Assembly (NCBI RefSeq): GCF_964355755.1
Contig: NC_092676.1
Location: forward strand, 11,509,888 to 11,573,887
Length of the DNA stretch: 64,000 nt
Reading direction: 5' to 3'
DNA from: Antedon mediterranea
Taxonomy: Eukaryota; Animalia; Echinodermata
In this document: in pieces, positions 48,618 to 61,689 of the stretch
Layout: every line of letters starts with the position of its first letter
Position numbering within the stretch: position 1 is the first letter of the stretch
The notes under the pieces: model-generated
Databases searched by the model: none
Told to the model about the DNA's origin: nothing
Seen by the model: the letters and a program-made list of their open reading frames with translations, nothing else
Translations under genes and position numbers: made by a program

Positions 48618-49542
48618 TAGACTTGCCCCAAGTCTGTATTGTCTTTTTTATTTATTTGTTTTTTTATTGCGACCGCGATTTTTTTCTGAAAATACAGACT
48701 TGTGAAACGCGTATAGAAATCGATTTGTAGACCGCAAACATCCGATAAGAATGACGTAGGTGATCATACCGTATTTGGCTATATGGGGCGGGCGGTATAT
48801 AAATATGGATTTCGAATCAACCAATGATCATTTCGTTTCAAAATGAAAAAGATCGAGTACGTACAGTCCTGAATGTACGGTCGAGACTGTTGAAATATAA
48901 AATCGTGTTGCCAAGTTGTTTTGTTTATTAATTGTTTAGTCCTTAGCCTAGGCCTCCTTCGTAGGTCCTACTCAACTCGCACGTATGACCTGCACACCAC
49001 CACCGGCACACAACAAAGCTACACCACTACACAGAACAGGACAGGGTCTGGGTGGGAATTAAATCAAATTATCTCCGCGTAATAAATGATCCATTCAATG
49101 TTTGATTTGCGGAGAAGCTAGCCTATCTTATCAAGACGAGTTTTCATGTTGTTCTTGGGAAAAATCCCATCAAATGTTTACCAAACTACTAGGCATATAA
49201 AATCATTTCTAGCCTTCAGAAACTTTCATCAATGTACCCAAGTACACATTGTCTAAACGTAACATAGCGCATGCGCACCATCTTAGTTGTTGAGTCTTTG
49301 ACATTCTGAAATATGAATATTAAAACAGTGTACGAGTGAGTAGCCAATCGCATGCAGCTGAAACTAGTCAACCGGATAATCGTATGCACCAAGAATACTT
49401 GGTGTCAAACCACGTGACTAGTGCGTGTTTCCCCAGACGGAGTATCCAAAATCAAGTAGTATACGTATGAAACGCCATATGTGCCAAAATATTTATCTTT
49501 TTTACTAATATTAAGACAAAACTCCGTCTGGAACCCAGACTA
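48618..49542 (+). mobile_element. Hairpin-ended non-autonomous element, copy A (925 bp)
   Basis: Same termini; 9-bp TSD TTTGTAGAC (48609-48617, 49543-49551). Confidence 0.9.
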
Positions 49543-50164
49543 TTTGTAGACTTGCCCCAAGTCTGTATTTATTGTCTTTTTTTTAATTTATTTGTTTTTA
49601 TTTCGACCGCGATTTTTGTCTGAAAATACAGACTTGTGAAACACGTATAGAAATAAAAAGGTCCTACTCAACTCGCACGTATGATCTGCCAAATAAAACG
49701 CCAATAAGAGGTAGGCCTGTAACGCGAAAATTGGTCCGGGGCCAAAACTGATCCGGCCGGATCGATTTTGGCGTTGAAACAACCGCTAAAACAGGTCCGG
49801 CTAGGCCAAAACTGGTCCGGCCTTCAAAATCGCTTATTTATCCTTAAAATTTCATAAGAAGCCTGGAAAAAGTCCAAATGGTTGATGTAAACTATGCTTA
49901 GAGTAAATATACTAAATATTACCGTAAAATCGAAAAGAAATTATCGAAACGGAGTGATTTAAAATGTGCAAGGATAAATCGGCGTTTCGGTTCGGAATCT
50001 TCCATTATTCCATTGTAAAAATCGTAGGATAAAGTAATAGCGCCCTCTGATTTTTTTCTTTGGGGGGGGGGGGGGGGGGTGTTTAGCGTATTAAAAAAAG
50101 GAGTTTTCATTCATTGTTGTATTTATATATTTTATTAAATAAGGTTTGATTATATATTCTCACA

Positions 50165-51050
50165 TATTTCCTCATTTTCCAATTTATCTTATTCGCAGAT
50201 GACAGCAATATTTTCTTTTCTCACAAAAATTTAAACACTCTTGTTAATGTTAATTCTGAGCTTGATAGAGTTTCTTTAGGTTTACACATCTAAAACTAAC
50301 TTCATCTACTTTACACAAAAGAACAACCATAACAATACTTTTCCTTTTGATATTATAACCGATGGAAACCCAATATAAAAAGGAAACAATTTAAAATTTC
50401 TTTGGGTTCAAATTCAAATTGATTCAAAATTGAACTGGCAAACACACATTGCGATTACTAATAAAACAGTGTCTAAAAATGTTGGTGTTTTAAGTAAATT
50501 AAAATATATTCTTCCATACAATATTTAATTTTTGCTTTACAACACTCTCATTTTACCATACTTAACCTAGTGTAATATTGCTTGGGCTTCAATTTCTAAC
50601 AACATTTTGCAGACTGATCCTTGGAATATTCCATCAACATCCAAAATTCACTGTCTCTTTAAGCTTCAAAAGAAGGCTCTATAAGGATTTGCACTGGAGC
50701 ACCCCCAAGATCCCATACAAGGCAATTATTCCATCAGCTAAACACTTTAAACATATTCGATATTAACAAACTGCAAACTCTTGTATTTATGTTTCGTGTT
50801 ATTAATAACCAACTCCCTTCTCATTTTAACTCGTTGTTTACAATGTTTAGTCAGCTTCATCCTTATAAGACCAGGTCATCTACCCGGAAACATTTTATTT
50901 ATGAAAAGTACACTATAGCCCTCAGGAAAAATTCTTTCACTTTTAACGGACCATTTTTATGGAATAATTTAACTTTAAACATTAAATTATCACAAACATT
51001 ACTTTTGTTTAAAAAAAAATACAAACAGTTCTTAATCCATCAATATTAAT
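50165..51050 (+). mobile_element. Decayed CR1/L2-type LINE 3' fragment
   Basis: FILFADDSNIF, KFL.VQI..DSKLNW, LLYNTLILPYL, KLQKKAL and NGPFLWNNL with many frameshifts. Confidence 0.8.
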
Positions 51051-52688
51051 AGATAGTTAATAAGTTTGTTACTATGGAATTTATTTCTTACTTTTCCTTC
51101 TATTTATATTCAATCAAATCTGTTTGGCTTTTTTGTTTTGTTTTTTTAGAAAGCAATTTACGTTACCATGTACAATGTGATGTATTCGGCTTATTTAAGT
51201 TTCCACACATAAACAAATAATTAACCAGGTTTTTTTAATTTTTTTCTTTGTCTTGTCTTGTGATATCTTTTATGTGGAACAATAAAATGAATGAATAAAT
51301 GAATGTTGTTATCGTTCCAAATTAATACATTTTCAGTATATCACCGGTTTAGAATTTGTTTTTTAATAATATATAACTTTAACTTGCACTGAAGGGTTTA
51401 AAAAAGAGGGGTTCTCATATAATATTGTTTGTTGAATATTCCAGTTTAATCGATTTTGAATTTGTCATCTTCGTGTTTGATTTTGATAACGTCATCATAC
51501 CAATGATGTGTGTTTCGTAATTTCACCTATACTACACTGTATATAGTAAACACTGTATATTGTATATGAAACATACACAACTCAGCACTATAATAAGCGT
51601 AGCCTCATCAGCTCATAGGATGACATACTTCAACGTTTTGCGATCGTATGTTAACGTAACTGCATCTGTTTTAAAATGAAATGTCAGTTAAATTATAAAA
51701 TTATCACCTATTTATTCTTCAAAGTGAGGAATTAAATTTTAGTTATTCTTTGTCTGCATACATTATTACAAAATTTAGATTTCAGAAATACTCATGGTTT
51801 CAGCCGATACGATAGTAAATGAATTTGACACGAATTTAGACGAGCATGATATAAAAGAACACTTTTATTGTTTTTTTAATTGATGAGGACTACTGAGCCT
51901 TTCTTTCCGCCAAAAAAAAAAGAAAAAAAATGTTTTCACTTATATTATAAAAATAAAAAACAAACGGTTATATTAAACCAAAAACCCATTGGCTGTTGGT
52001 ACAGTTTTTTCAGGAAAACAAAATTGTTTTGATCCATTTTTGGTCAAAGTGAATAACTATTATGGAACATTACCATTTTTCAGGGGACAATACATCATCA
52101 ATGCATCAACAAATGTCCCTCCTAAAACTTTAGGTTTTTTCAAAATTATTTCGCATTTAAAAATAGCTAGATTGTGTCGTTAATATAGTTAAGTTTCGCC
52201 AAGACACTCTGCACCATCTATTTCGTGTATAAAAGTTCAGTAGGCCTATAATCTACATGATAATGCAAAATTACATTTTATATACAGTATACTTTGTGTA
52301 ACTGCATAAAGTACTTATATATATATATATATATATAAAGTACGTATATTTTGTATATCATTTATACGATACAATAGTAATACGTCGCATTTATATACAA
52401 ACATTAATAGAAAAAAATGAATTTACCATGTGTGCCGTTGTTTGGGTAGAGAGGCTATAAACCCAGGGGAGGCCGGAGCCTCCCTTTTCACCAAGACAGG
52501 AAAATATGAAGTGATCGTAGTAGAAGAATGAAATAGAAAGAAACAAGATATTAGAATAAGAGCATGGGATGATAATATAAATGAAAACCGTAAGGTTAGG
52601 GCCCATGCACGGTGCAAGTCCAAGCTCCTTATATCTTGGCTCTGTGTGCATGTGAGACGGATCATACCCAAAACTTACATATTATTTT

Positions 52689-53975
52689 TTATTTGACAAT
52701 ACAGATTTGTGTGTTATAGCACGTCCTTTTAATGAGGGAAGGTATGAGAGTTGTTTTCTCTAAAAATTTCTCCTGGAAATCTTCGACATCGCACAACAAG
52801 TTGAAGATATTTGGCTCAATTTCACAATAATTGTCCACAAGAGCAGCGTTTAAGGTTTCTTCGGTGATGTAGTCCCAATATTTGCGGGCGAGATACTTGC
52901 GTATTGAATGGTATGGTCTGCGGATGTACTTTCGTTCCGATGTGTCAAGTAACCCCTCCTCTTGTTTTTCAACGTCCAAAACTGGCTCAAAATGAGCACA
53001 AACAGTTGAAAGATACACATTTCTTTCCGAAATTTCAGCATCACTATTTGTTAATGGGCAATACTCCCAGCCATTGAAAATGTGGTTGATTCTTTCTTGT
53101 GCCATATTTGTAGACAATGGTTTTCGTCATTGTTGCAAATGTTTAAATTTCCAACTCGGAGCCCCGGCCCATGTTCCATCTTTAGACATAGCTGTATCAC
53201 TTGTGTATTTTTCGAATGATCTGCTGTCGCAGTTTTCAAAGATACGTCTGTTTTGGACATAAACTCTAAAATATGGTCCCTCACAATCATGGTGACTTTA
53301 GACACCAACAAGAACGTAACTAAGCGCTCTAAAGCTGAGGCAGGTCCCGTCTCCGCGCATCCTGGCTGTTTTCGTGGGTTTTGCTGCCTTGTTCATTTCT
53401 CTTTGATTTGTATTCACGTCTTGTATGATATTTTAACGTCGATTCCAAACAAAAATGATTTTTCTGCTTGCCAATGTGCATCTACTGGGTTTGGTGAACT
53501 AGCCTCGTAAGAACCACAGAATATCACATCATCTAATTGTTGATCAAGATGCTTGTCCTGTCTAACGTTTTGAGAGGGTCCTTATATTTCTCAGCATTGT
53601 GGTGTTCCATTGATTCATTTGCAGCTTTTTCGGGCAGATTATTTAACAATTTAAAAGGCAGGTTGCTTCCATTGACGATTAGTGGCGAAACGGATGGTGA
53701 AGTACTGCCGGACGTTTGAGTGTTGGGGCAATCATGTTTTGATGAAGAGGTTGGTGGAAAGATATATGGCTTCAGAAGTATCCCGTTAACAAGTTTGATA
53801 ACACTGTCGTCATCTAGCCCTATCAGAGAATATGATCCCTTTCCCAGTTTTGAAGTAATTTTGTATGGACCTAACCATTTATTTTCCAGTTTTCCTCCCT
53901 TCCTTTTTTTCCTTCGCAGATCTTTCATCAATACATATGTTCCGCAATCGAATTCAGTTGGTTGTGCATGCCTTC
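52689..53975 (-). pseudogene. Ginger integrase C-terminal (GPY/F) module plus OTU cysteine protease, multiply disrupted
   Basis: RRHAQPTEFDCGTYVLMKDLRRKKRKGGKLENKWLGPYKI; then MRGDGTCLSFRALSYVL (~53310-53360), DGTWA..ELEI*TFATM and VYLSTVCAHFEPVL. Confidence 0.8.
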
Positions 53976-56900
53976 TGTCCAGTGGGACAGCCAGTCGACA
54001 AATCGTGTCAAATTTCGACTCGGAGAGGGCGCCCTACTTTTCTAATTTAGTTCAAAATTGCTAAATTTTAGGGTGTTGGAAAAACACAATATTTGTAAAT
54101 TTAGCTGATTATCGGAAAAATATTGTTAGTGAAATAAATTCATAAATGGTTTTAATATATTGTCATGTAAAATTAAATGTATTTTAACAAAACGATAATC
54201 TGTAATTTAACGGCAAAATCAACCAATGTCTTTTTTTCGAAATTGTACCCTAGAAAATCATTAAAATAAAATATTTAGAAAAATTGAACAGTCCTGAATT
54301 TAAAATCCCTGTTAGAAAAATTAATAATCTACAGAATACGATATTAAGATACAAAATTCGGTGGTTGGGATGCAGCTCCGACTATTCAAACTAAAGGTAC
54401 CACTATTTGTTCCATCGAAAACTAGCGAAACCGCCATTTTGTAAACACATCGTCATCGTGTTTATGAATTTATTTATATCGAACGATATACGCGATGTTT
54501 ATAATTGTCCGCGTATAAGAATTCATATAAATAAATACATTCCAATACAACGTATATTATTACTTGTTTATTTATCACAGTATACATTTTAGTTGAGGAA
54601 TATTTATCATAACTATTATAATAGCTTTTATACGAGTCCGAGGCCTAGCCATATTAGCGACCGATTGTTCCAGGGGCGGAAAGTCACTTAGTGACGTTGT
54701 GATCGGGCGCGTCGGGCCTAGCTAATATTAATAATATGACCTGAAATAAGCGGCTAACAAGAACTGTTATATACTTGCTTACAATTGTTTTGTTATTGAT
54801 GAACAAACAAGCAATTAGATTGAATAACAAATTATTTATTCATTTTTTTTGGGTAAAAACATGTACAAACTAGTACTGTATAATATAAATTATAATAATA
54901 GTAATATTAAATTAATACAGTATTAATAAAATATAAAATAGGCCTAACATACAATAAATATTCAATTTTTAAGGTCTACCACATGACAATAACATAATTT
55001 ACAGAGTATAGTGTAGTAGGTTTGCATTCAACATAAATATTTGTATTGTAATTCATCTAGATCCTCTGCAACATACATATATATTTGTAATTCAACATTT
55101 TGTTTTAAATAATTAAATTATAGTTTGGGTATGACAATGTCGGTAGGTACCGGTGTCATCTTTTTATCCACTTCACTCTCAGTTTGAAGTCACAAAAACT
55201 CTGCATCATCAACAACGATTCCTGAAAGTGTCAGAAAAAATAATAAATATTATTTTAAAAAAAATGTTAATGTCTGGTTGTATATATAATTATAATATTA
55301 TATGATGACATAAAAGTAAGGCAAATGGAAGCTGTATTTTATTAATTAAATTACAGTATTTACTATTATTATTTATATAATCTAGGCCTACTAGTACTAG
55401 TAGCCTGCTAGGCATCTATTGAGCCTAATAAATCAAATAATAAATGAAAAACAAAATAATAATATTAATACTGATTGGAAAAAAGTATTTTTTTTGCGGG
55501 GATCAGATCACCAGGCTAGGCCGGCCAGGACCAATGATACTCGTAATCAGTACAACTTAACGACTATCGGATCAGCATCAACACAGTACAACACACGTCT
55601 CGCTATCGCCTATACTGACACACGTGTCTCGCGTTGCCGAAACCACGCTCACAGCTAGAAAATGTACCTACCTTTCGAGGCCTGAGAATACACCAACAAA
55701 TTTTGAACAGGATAGAAATATATCATACTCGATTAAACTAATATTATTCTTGATAAAACAATTGATTATAATTTTTTTAATTTGTTGGGATGCACCTCCG
55801 ACTATTCAGAAAATGGACAACAAAACAGTAGTCAAATCGTACCACATTTATAAATTTCACGAGTCCCGACTTCAGTCGCCGAATGTATTGTATTAGCTTC
55901 GGTTTCTTTGAAGGAAACCGATTGGTTATTCAATAATACTTATTAGGAAATGCTTTTACCATAATAGGTAATGTTGGGCGGTTCTTAAATATTCATGAGA
56001 GCTTAAAATAAAACAGCACTTATTTGCTAGGCGACGAAAAATCGTAGTTTCAGTTTTCAACGATAGGTGGCGCTTCAAAATCGTCAATGCGGAAGTAAGT
56101 CGATTTTACACGATTTAACGGTCAAAACGCGAAGTGGCTTTCCCACTGTGTCATAATTGATTTTCTGTCTTTTCTGGGCCGTTTCGATGTTTTTTTGCGC
56201 AGTATTTTTGAAACACGCAAATGTTCTAAAATTGATCAAAACGTAATTTTAAGCATTTTAAAATGTTAATGCGTGATTTCGCACGCAAGGCCTTGGTTAA
56301 GCGTACCATTTTTAATATGTTTACCTTAGTTGATGTATAGTGAATTTTATTGTTTTAAATTACAGTATTTACTGTATAAAAATATAAAACATAATACTGC
56401 AGGTAATATATTATTACATTGTAACAATCAAATACAGTAGGCCTATTTAGGACTCATACATTTTGAATTAAATATATGAATTGTGTTTTGCAAGATTGAA
56501 ATAAACCTATGGCTAGTCAAATAATTCATTGTATTGTAGCCTACGTTCAGCTCTATGTTATAACATTTTGAGTTGAGCGACAATGGGTGTATAGACTTAG
56601 TCGCTCGCATCGATCCCATCCACGTTAGATGTGCCACAGCTTTTTTTCAGCTGCGGTCCTGGGTTGCGGTGTAAAGATTTTTTTATAAAATTACAAATAT
56701 TACCAGTAGGCCTAAATAATGATATTAGAGCGTAATAATTGGATTCTAAAAAGTTCATATTTTGGATAATTTTGAGAAAATGACAAATTTAACCCTCTTA
56801 TTTTTCGCTAAAACTTGATTACGGCACTATAAAATGATGACGCAACCCACGCCTACACCAACCAGTGATATTATTAGAGCGTAATAAGTAATTGAATTCT

Positions 56901-58792
56901 TAAAAGTCCATAATTTGGGGTGATAAAAAAAAATCTCTGTACTAAATAATTGTTTTACCTTCTTTTTTTTCGCTAAGACTATTACGAAACTCGTGTTCGT
57001 CGTACAGTTAAATTCGTGAATGTGGGAACCGGTCGTTCCACTGTGGTGTAGTTTGTCGATTTTTTATCTTTATTAATGTTAGTATTGCTACCCATATCGA
57101 GTGTTATTATCGTTGTTGTTTTATACTATTAATAGAGAGGCCCTTGGTGGCCATTTGCACCCCAAAATGTGGACTGGAAAAAAAATAAGGCGGGTATAAT
57201 TTCTTACAAAGGCAAAAAAAAATACTGATAGCAGTAATGACAACAACCTAAAATAATAATACTAATAATAATTAACGTTCTATATGTTATTATTAATCAT
57301 TATTGAATACGCCCAAGACGTATTCAGTTTGTACATAATGTCTAAGATCTTAGACATAATATAAAATTACTAGAGGGCGCTATTAGTTTTAAACGAACTG
57401 AACAATAGAATATCCCAAAATCCGATTAGAGTTTCTTTAATTAGTGTTTCGATAATTTCTTTTCGTTTGTACGGGAATATTTAGTATATTTACTTTAAGC
57501 TTAGTTTACTTTAACCATTTGAACTGTTTGCAGGCTTCTTAACACATTTTAAAGAATAAATAAGCGATTTTAAAGGCCGGACCAGGTTTGGCCTAGCCGG
57601 ACCTGTTTTAGCGGCTTTTCAACGCCAAAATCGATCCGACCGGACCAGTTTTGGCGACCAAAATCGATCCGGCCGGACCGATTTTGGCCGGATCAATTTT
57701 GGCGTGACAGGCCTACATACCACCACCGGCACACAACAGGATTCACACACAACAGACAGGGCTACGACACCACTACACAGAACAGGAAAGGGTCTAGGTG
57801 GGATTTAAATCAAATTATCTCCGCGTAATATTAAATGATCCATTCAATGTTTGATTTCCGGAGAAGCAAGACTAGTTTTCATGTTCTTGGGGAAGATCCC
57901 ATCAAATGTTTACCAGACTACTACTAGGCCTAGGCATATAAATCATTTCTAACCTTCAGAGATCAATGTACCCAAGTACATTGTCTAAACGTAACATAGC
58001 GCATGCGTACCATCTTAGTTGTTAGTCTTTGAAATTCTGAAATATGAATATTAAAATGGTGTACGAGTGAGTAGCCAATCGCATGCAGCTGAAACTAGTC
58101 AACCGGATAATCTATGCACCAAGAATTCTTGGTGTCAAACCACGTGACTTTTGCGTGTTTCTCCAGATGGAGTATCCAAACTCAAGTAATACACGTATGG
58201 AACGCCATATGTGCAAAAATGTTTATATTTTTACTAATATTAAGAAAAAACTCCGTCTGGAGCCCAGACTAATCAATTTGTAACACGGCTAAAAATCGAA
58301 GGCGAACACTACCAGTTTAATAATCTAGATAACGAAATACGTGCTCAAATACTACAGAAAACAAGCAACAAAAAGCTAAGGAGAGAAATATTTAAACACC
58401 CAGCATGGACATTGGCAGAGGTATTAAATGAAGCGAGATCTCTAGAAACAGCAAAATTACGAGCGGAGAGCATTGAAAATCCTAAACCCAATTTCGATGA
58501 TGGCGGTACTGAACAATCAGGTGAGATAAATAAAGTAAAGAGAAGCTCTAACCCACCGAGCACTAAATGTAGAAATTGCAAGGGTTGGTTCCCTCACAGT
58601 GGACAGTGTCCAGCAAGCGATAAAAAATGCTATAATTGCAGAAAATTGGCCATTTTGCAAGTTGTTGTCGCAATACACAGCAGCACGCATCACATTATCA
58701 GCAGAGAGGAGGACGCGGTACACGAGGACGCGGAAGTAGTGCTTCACGTCGCGCGCGTGGTCACCGAGTCAACCAAACGTGTTGTTGTCTTT

Positions 58793-58916
58793 GGCCCGTA
58801 TTCATGAAAGGGGACTAACTTTAGTCCTGGATTATCTCTGGATTTAGTCCTGGACTATTTTGAAATGGTATTCATGAAAGGGGACTAACTTTAGTCCTGG
58901 ACTAAACCTGGACTAA
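58793..58916. mobile_element. Left end of a Harbinger-type MITE, interrupted
   Basis: Begins GGCCCGTATTCATGAAAG; GTATTCATGAAAGGGGACTAACTTTAGTCCTGG is duplicated internally. Confidence 0.55.
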
Positions 58917-59097
58917 AGGGTCTTTCACACCTGTTCCGGCACGGTTCCGGTCCGGCGAATCGAACATCAATGTTTCGTTTTCACGCGGCTATGCGCCAAT
59001 CGATATGCGCGTAGCCGCGTGAAAACGAAACATTGACGTTCGATTGGATTTTCCGGCGCCGGACTGGAACCGTGCTGGAACAGGTGTGAAAGACCCT
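58917..59097. mobile_element. 181-bp palindromic Harbinger-type MITE
   Basis: TIR AGGGTCTTTCACACCTGTTCC with arms complementary almost to the centre; flanks TAA / TGA. Confidence 0.8.
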
Positions 59098-59255
59098 TGA
59101 AGCTGCTTTCACATCGCGCCCGGATTCGGTCCGGCGCCGTGAGAAAATATCGCGAGCGTTGAGCACGCTTTCACATCGAGCACGAATTCGGTTGTTCGTG
59201 TCACGTACGTTTATTTTGAATTCAACCAAGTGGAACCAACATTGCAATTTTTGCA

Positions 59256-61582
59256 ATGGAAATCTTTGACAGCGATAGCGATGATCTTGCAATGCTTAGC
59301 CTCTGGCTAAACAAAAAACGCGAACGACAATGGGTCAACATTGTCAATAAAAAAAGAAAAACGCATGGTCAGTTCGAAACTTTAGTCAGAGAAGATCTTG
59401 AAGTGGATCCCGACAAATTTTTTAATTTCTTTAGGTAAGTCTCTAACTAGGCTAACTCATCTACTGTTTAGTGTGTGTGTCGATGTCATGAACTTAATTG
59501 TTAATTATAGTCTAGTCCGACGGTCAATATAATATGTCATGAGTTTTTTCCGTTATCTTTTTAACTGAATGTGAATAGTTTTTATAATGATAATGATTTG
59601 AGCTTAATCTTAACTAGGCCTATATATATATTGTCGCGTTAAGTTCTTTGTTAGTTAGGCCTTACATTTTTCAAACTTAGTGTTTATGATATAGGCCTAT
59701 GTTAGGCCTATACATTGTGTGTCAATGGAAGGAAATAAATGAATGAACAGGGTAGACGATTAGGCCTACAATGTCATAAGCTTTAGTTTTTGTAACCTGT
59801 AACACCTATTATTGTAGGCCATATACAATCTACTAAAATATTGATTTCTGTTGATATTACAACTTGTCTGACTGACTTACTGCATTCATCATTTTTATGT
59901 TTTTATGTTTGTATTCTCTTCCAGAATGACTCAAGTTCAATTTGAGATATTATTTGATTTAATTAAGGATGACATCTCAAAAACAGATACAAATTTCAGA
60001 AAGAGCATCACACCCAGAGAGCGCCTAGCAATATGTCTGAGGTACGTAAGATTTGATTCTGCTAGTAGTGCAATTTTTATTGACCTAATATACTGCTCCA
60101 AGTGTGTACTAGCCTATAGTAAAACATGATACGATATAGAAAGCCATGTGGGTAACACCTCGCATCTTTATTAAGTGTAGACTTGCCCCAAGTCTGTATT
60201 ATCTTTTTTTTAAATTTATTTGTTTTTATTTCGACCGCGATTTTTGTCGGAGTATCCAAAATCAAGTAGTATACGTATAAACCCCATATGTGCCAAAATA
60301 TTTATCTTTTTACTAATATTAAGACAAAACTCCGTCTGGAACCCAGACTATATTAAGTGATGCGCACGATACTTAAACCTTTGTAATAAAAAAAAAACCA
60401 ATGTCAATGTTTAGTGCTTATGAAGAGCCGCGCTAAGTAGGACATTTATGATAATTGTACACATAGAAAAAAGGCGTTTTTATGCAGACCTACATTGAGT
60501 TTATATATTTTTTGTATATCTTCCTCTAGATTCCTTGCCTCAGGAGACAGTTATACCTCTCTGCATTACAATTTCCGTGTAGGAATTAGCACAATAAGCG
60601 CGATAGTCTTGGAGGTGGCAGACGCTATCTGGAAAAAACTCCAACCAGTATATATGGCCCCGCCTACTAAAGATGAATGGGCCGACATATCAGCCGATTT
60701 TGAAAGACGGTGGAATTTCCCAAACTGCGTCGGAGCCATTGACGGGAAGCACGTAACAATCAAAGCCCCTGGCAATTCTGGTTCCCTATTTTACAACTAC
60801 AAGGGAACCTACTCCATTGTGTTAATGGCCCTAGTAGATGCAAATTACAATTTCATCTGTGTAGACGTTGGCAACTATGGTTCTAGCAGTGATGGAGGTA
60901 TTTTCTCTAGAATGCAATTAAAAATTGCTTTAGAAGAAAATACTTTAGGCATACCACCACCTAAAGTTTTACCAGATATGCCAGAGTTGGGTCCAGTGCC
61001 CCATGTGATTGTAGGAGATGAAGCATTCCCCCTCAAAACAAACGTCATGAGACCATACCCAGGTAATAAGACAGACTGATTTTTATTTTATTATTTATTG
61101 CGGTGGCAGGTCTAAAAAAATATAGCAATACTTTGTTGACACCAACACATCATAAAGAATTATTAAATAGAATTATTTATATTTCAGGTAAAAAACTTGA
61201 CAGAGAAAAAAGGATATACAACTACCGCCACAGCCGTGCTAGGCGAATCTCTGAAAATGTCTTTGGCATCCTGGCCAACAAGTTTCGCATTTTTCATCGT
61301 AAGCTGGAGCTGAAGCCGGCCAACGTGGACAAAGTTGTACTGTGTGCAACAGTCCTGCATAATTTTATACGTAAAACAGGGCCAACACCAATGGGGTCAG
61401 ATGATCCAGATATATCATCAATAGAATCAGTAGAAGGCCTACTCAGTTTGGAGCACAGTGGGTTCTACAGTAGCAAAGACGCTATTGACGTCCGAGAAAA
61501 ACTGTGTAAATGGTTCAGTTCTGATGTTGGTATTGTCTCGTGGCAGGACCGTTTATGTTTTGGTCATGCGGCAGCAAACTGA
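59256..61582 (+). CDS. Harbinger DDE transposase, 4 exons (59256-59434, 59925-60041, 60530-61062, 61188-61582), 407 aa, frame intact
   Basis: GT-AG introns in consistent phase; motifs FFNFFRM, ERLAICLRFLASG, FPNCVGAIDGKH, SDGGIF, VGDEAFPL, YNYRHSRARRISENVFGIL, LHNF. Confidence 0.93.
60178..60350 (+). mobile_element. 173-bp minimal copy of the hairpin-ended family, in transposase intron 2
   Basis: Same termini as 48618-49542; 9-bp TSD TATTAAGTG (60169-60177, 60351-60359). Confidence 0.9.
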
Positions 61583-61689
61583 ATAAAATATGCCAACCTA
61601 AACGAAAGTACACAGTATACCAAACTGCAAGATGTGTGCTACTACTGTATTTAATAATCAAAATCAAATTATACTAGTACATATGTTAA

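Larger units (their letters stand above)
49718..57709 (-). mobile_element. Ginger1-type DNA transposon, decayed
   Basis: TGT...ACA termini, ~200-bp TIRs rich in GGTCCGG/CCGGACC, 4-bp TSD GGCC (49714-49717, 57710-57713), integrase C-terminal and OTU relics inside. Confidence 0.85.
48613..58271 (+). mobile_element. Hairpin-ended non-autonomous element, copy B (AcademH-type), carrying nested insertions
   Basis: Termini TAGACTTGCCCCAAGTCT and GTCTGGAGCCCAGACTA; 9-bp TSD ATCAATTTG (48604-48612, 58272-58280); 57714-58271 is colinear with 48995-49542. Confidence 0.85.
48380..58790 (+). pseudogene. Gypsy gag relic split into 48380-48612 and 58281-58790
   Basis: KKAQLLLLAG..YDDLIRKLNGYF..YTFRELKQ..VDQFV|TRL..QILQKTSNKKLRR..LNEARSLE..CRNC...H..C..CYNC..GHFASCC. 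The VDQFVTRL motif is restored across the TSD. Confidence 0.85.

Noticed and set aside
54330-55870. Chromodomain-like YKIRWLG (54350-54370) and HIRAN-like VKSYHIYK (55830-55852) peptides
   Set aside because: Too short and closed by nearby stops; both lie at or beside a repeated DNA motif GTTGGGATGCA.CTCCGACTATTCA. They cannot be supported without an HMM search.
59256-61582. Calling the transposase the host gene HARBI1
   Set aside because: An adjacent TIR-like end and a convergent MADF gene indicate a transposon, and orthology cannot be shown from this sequence.
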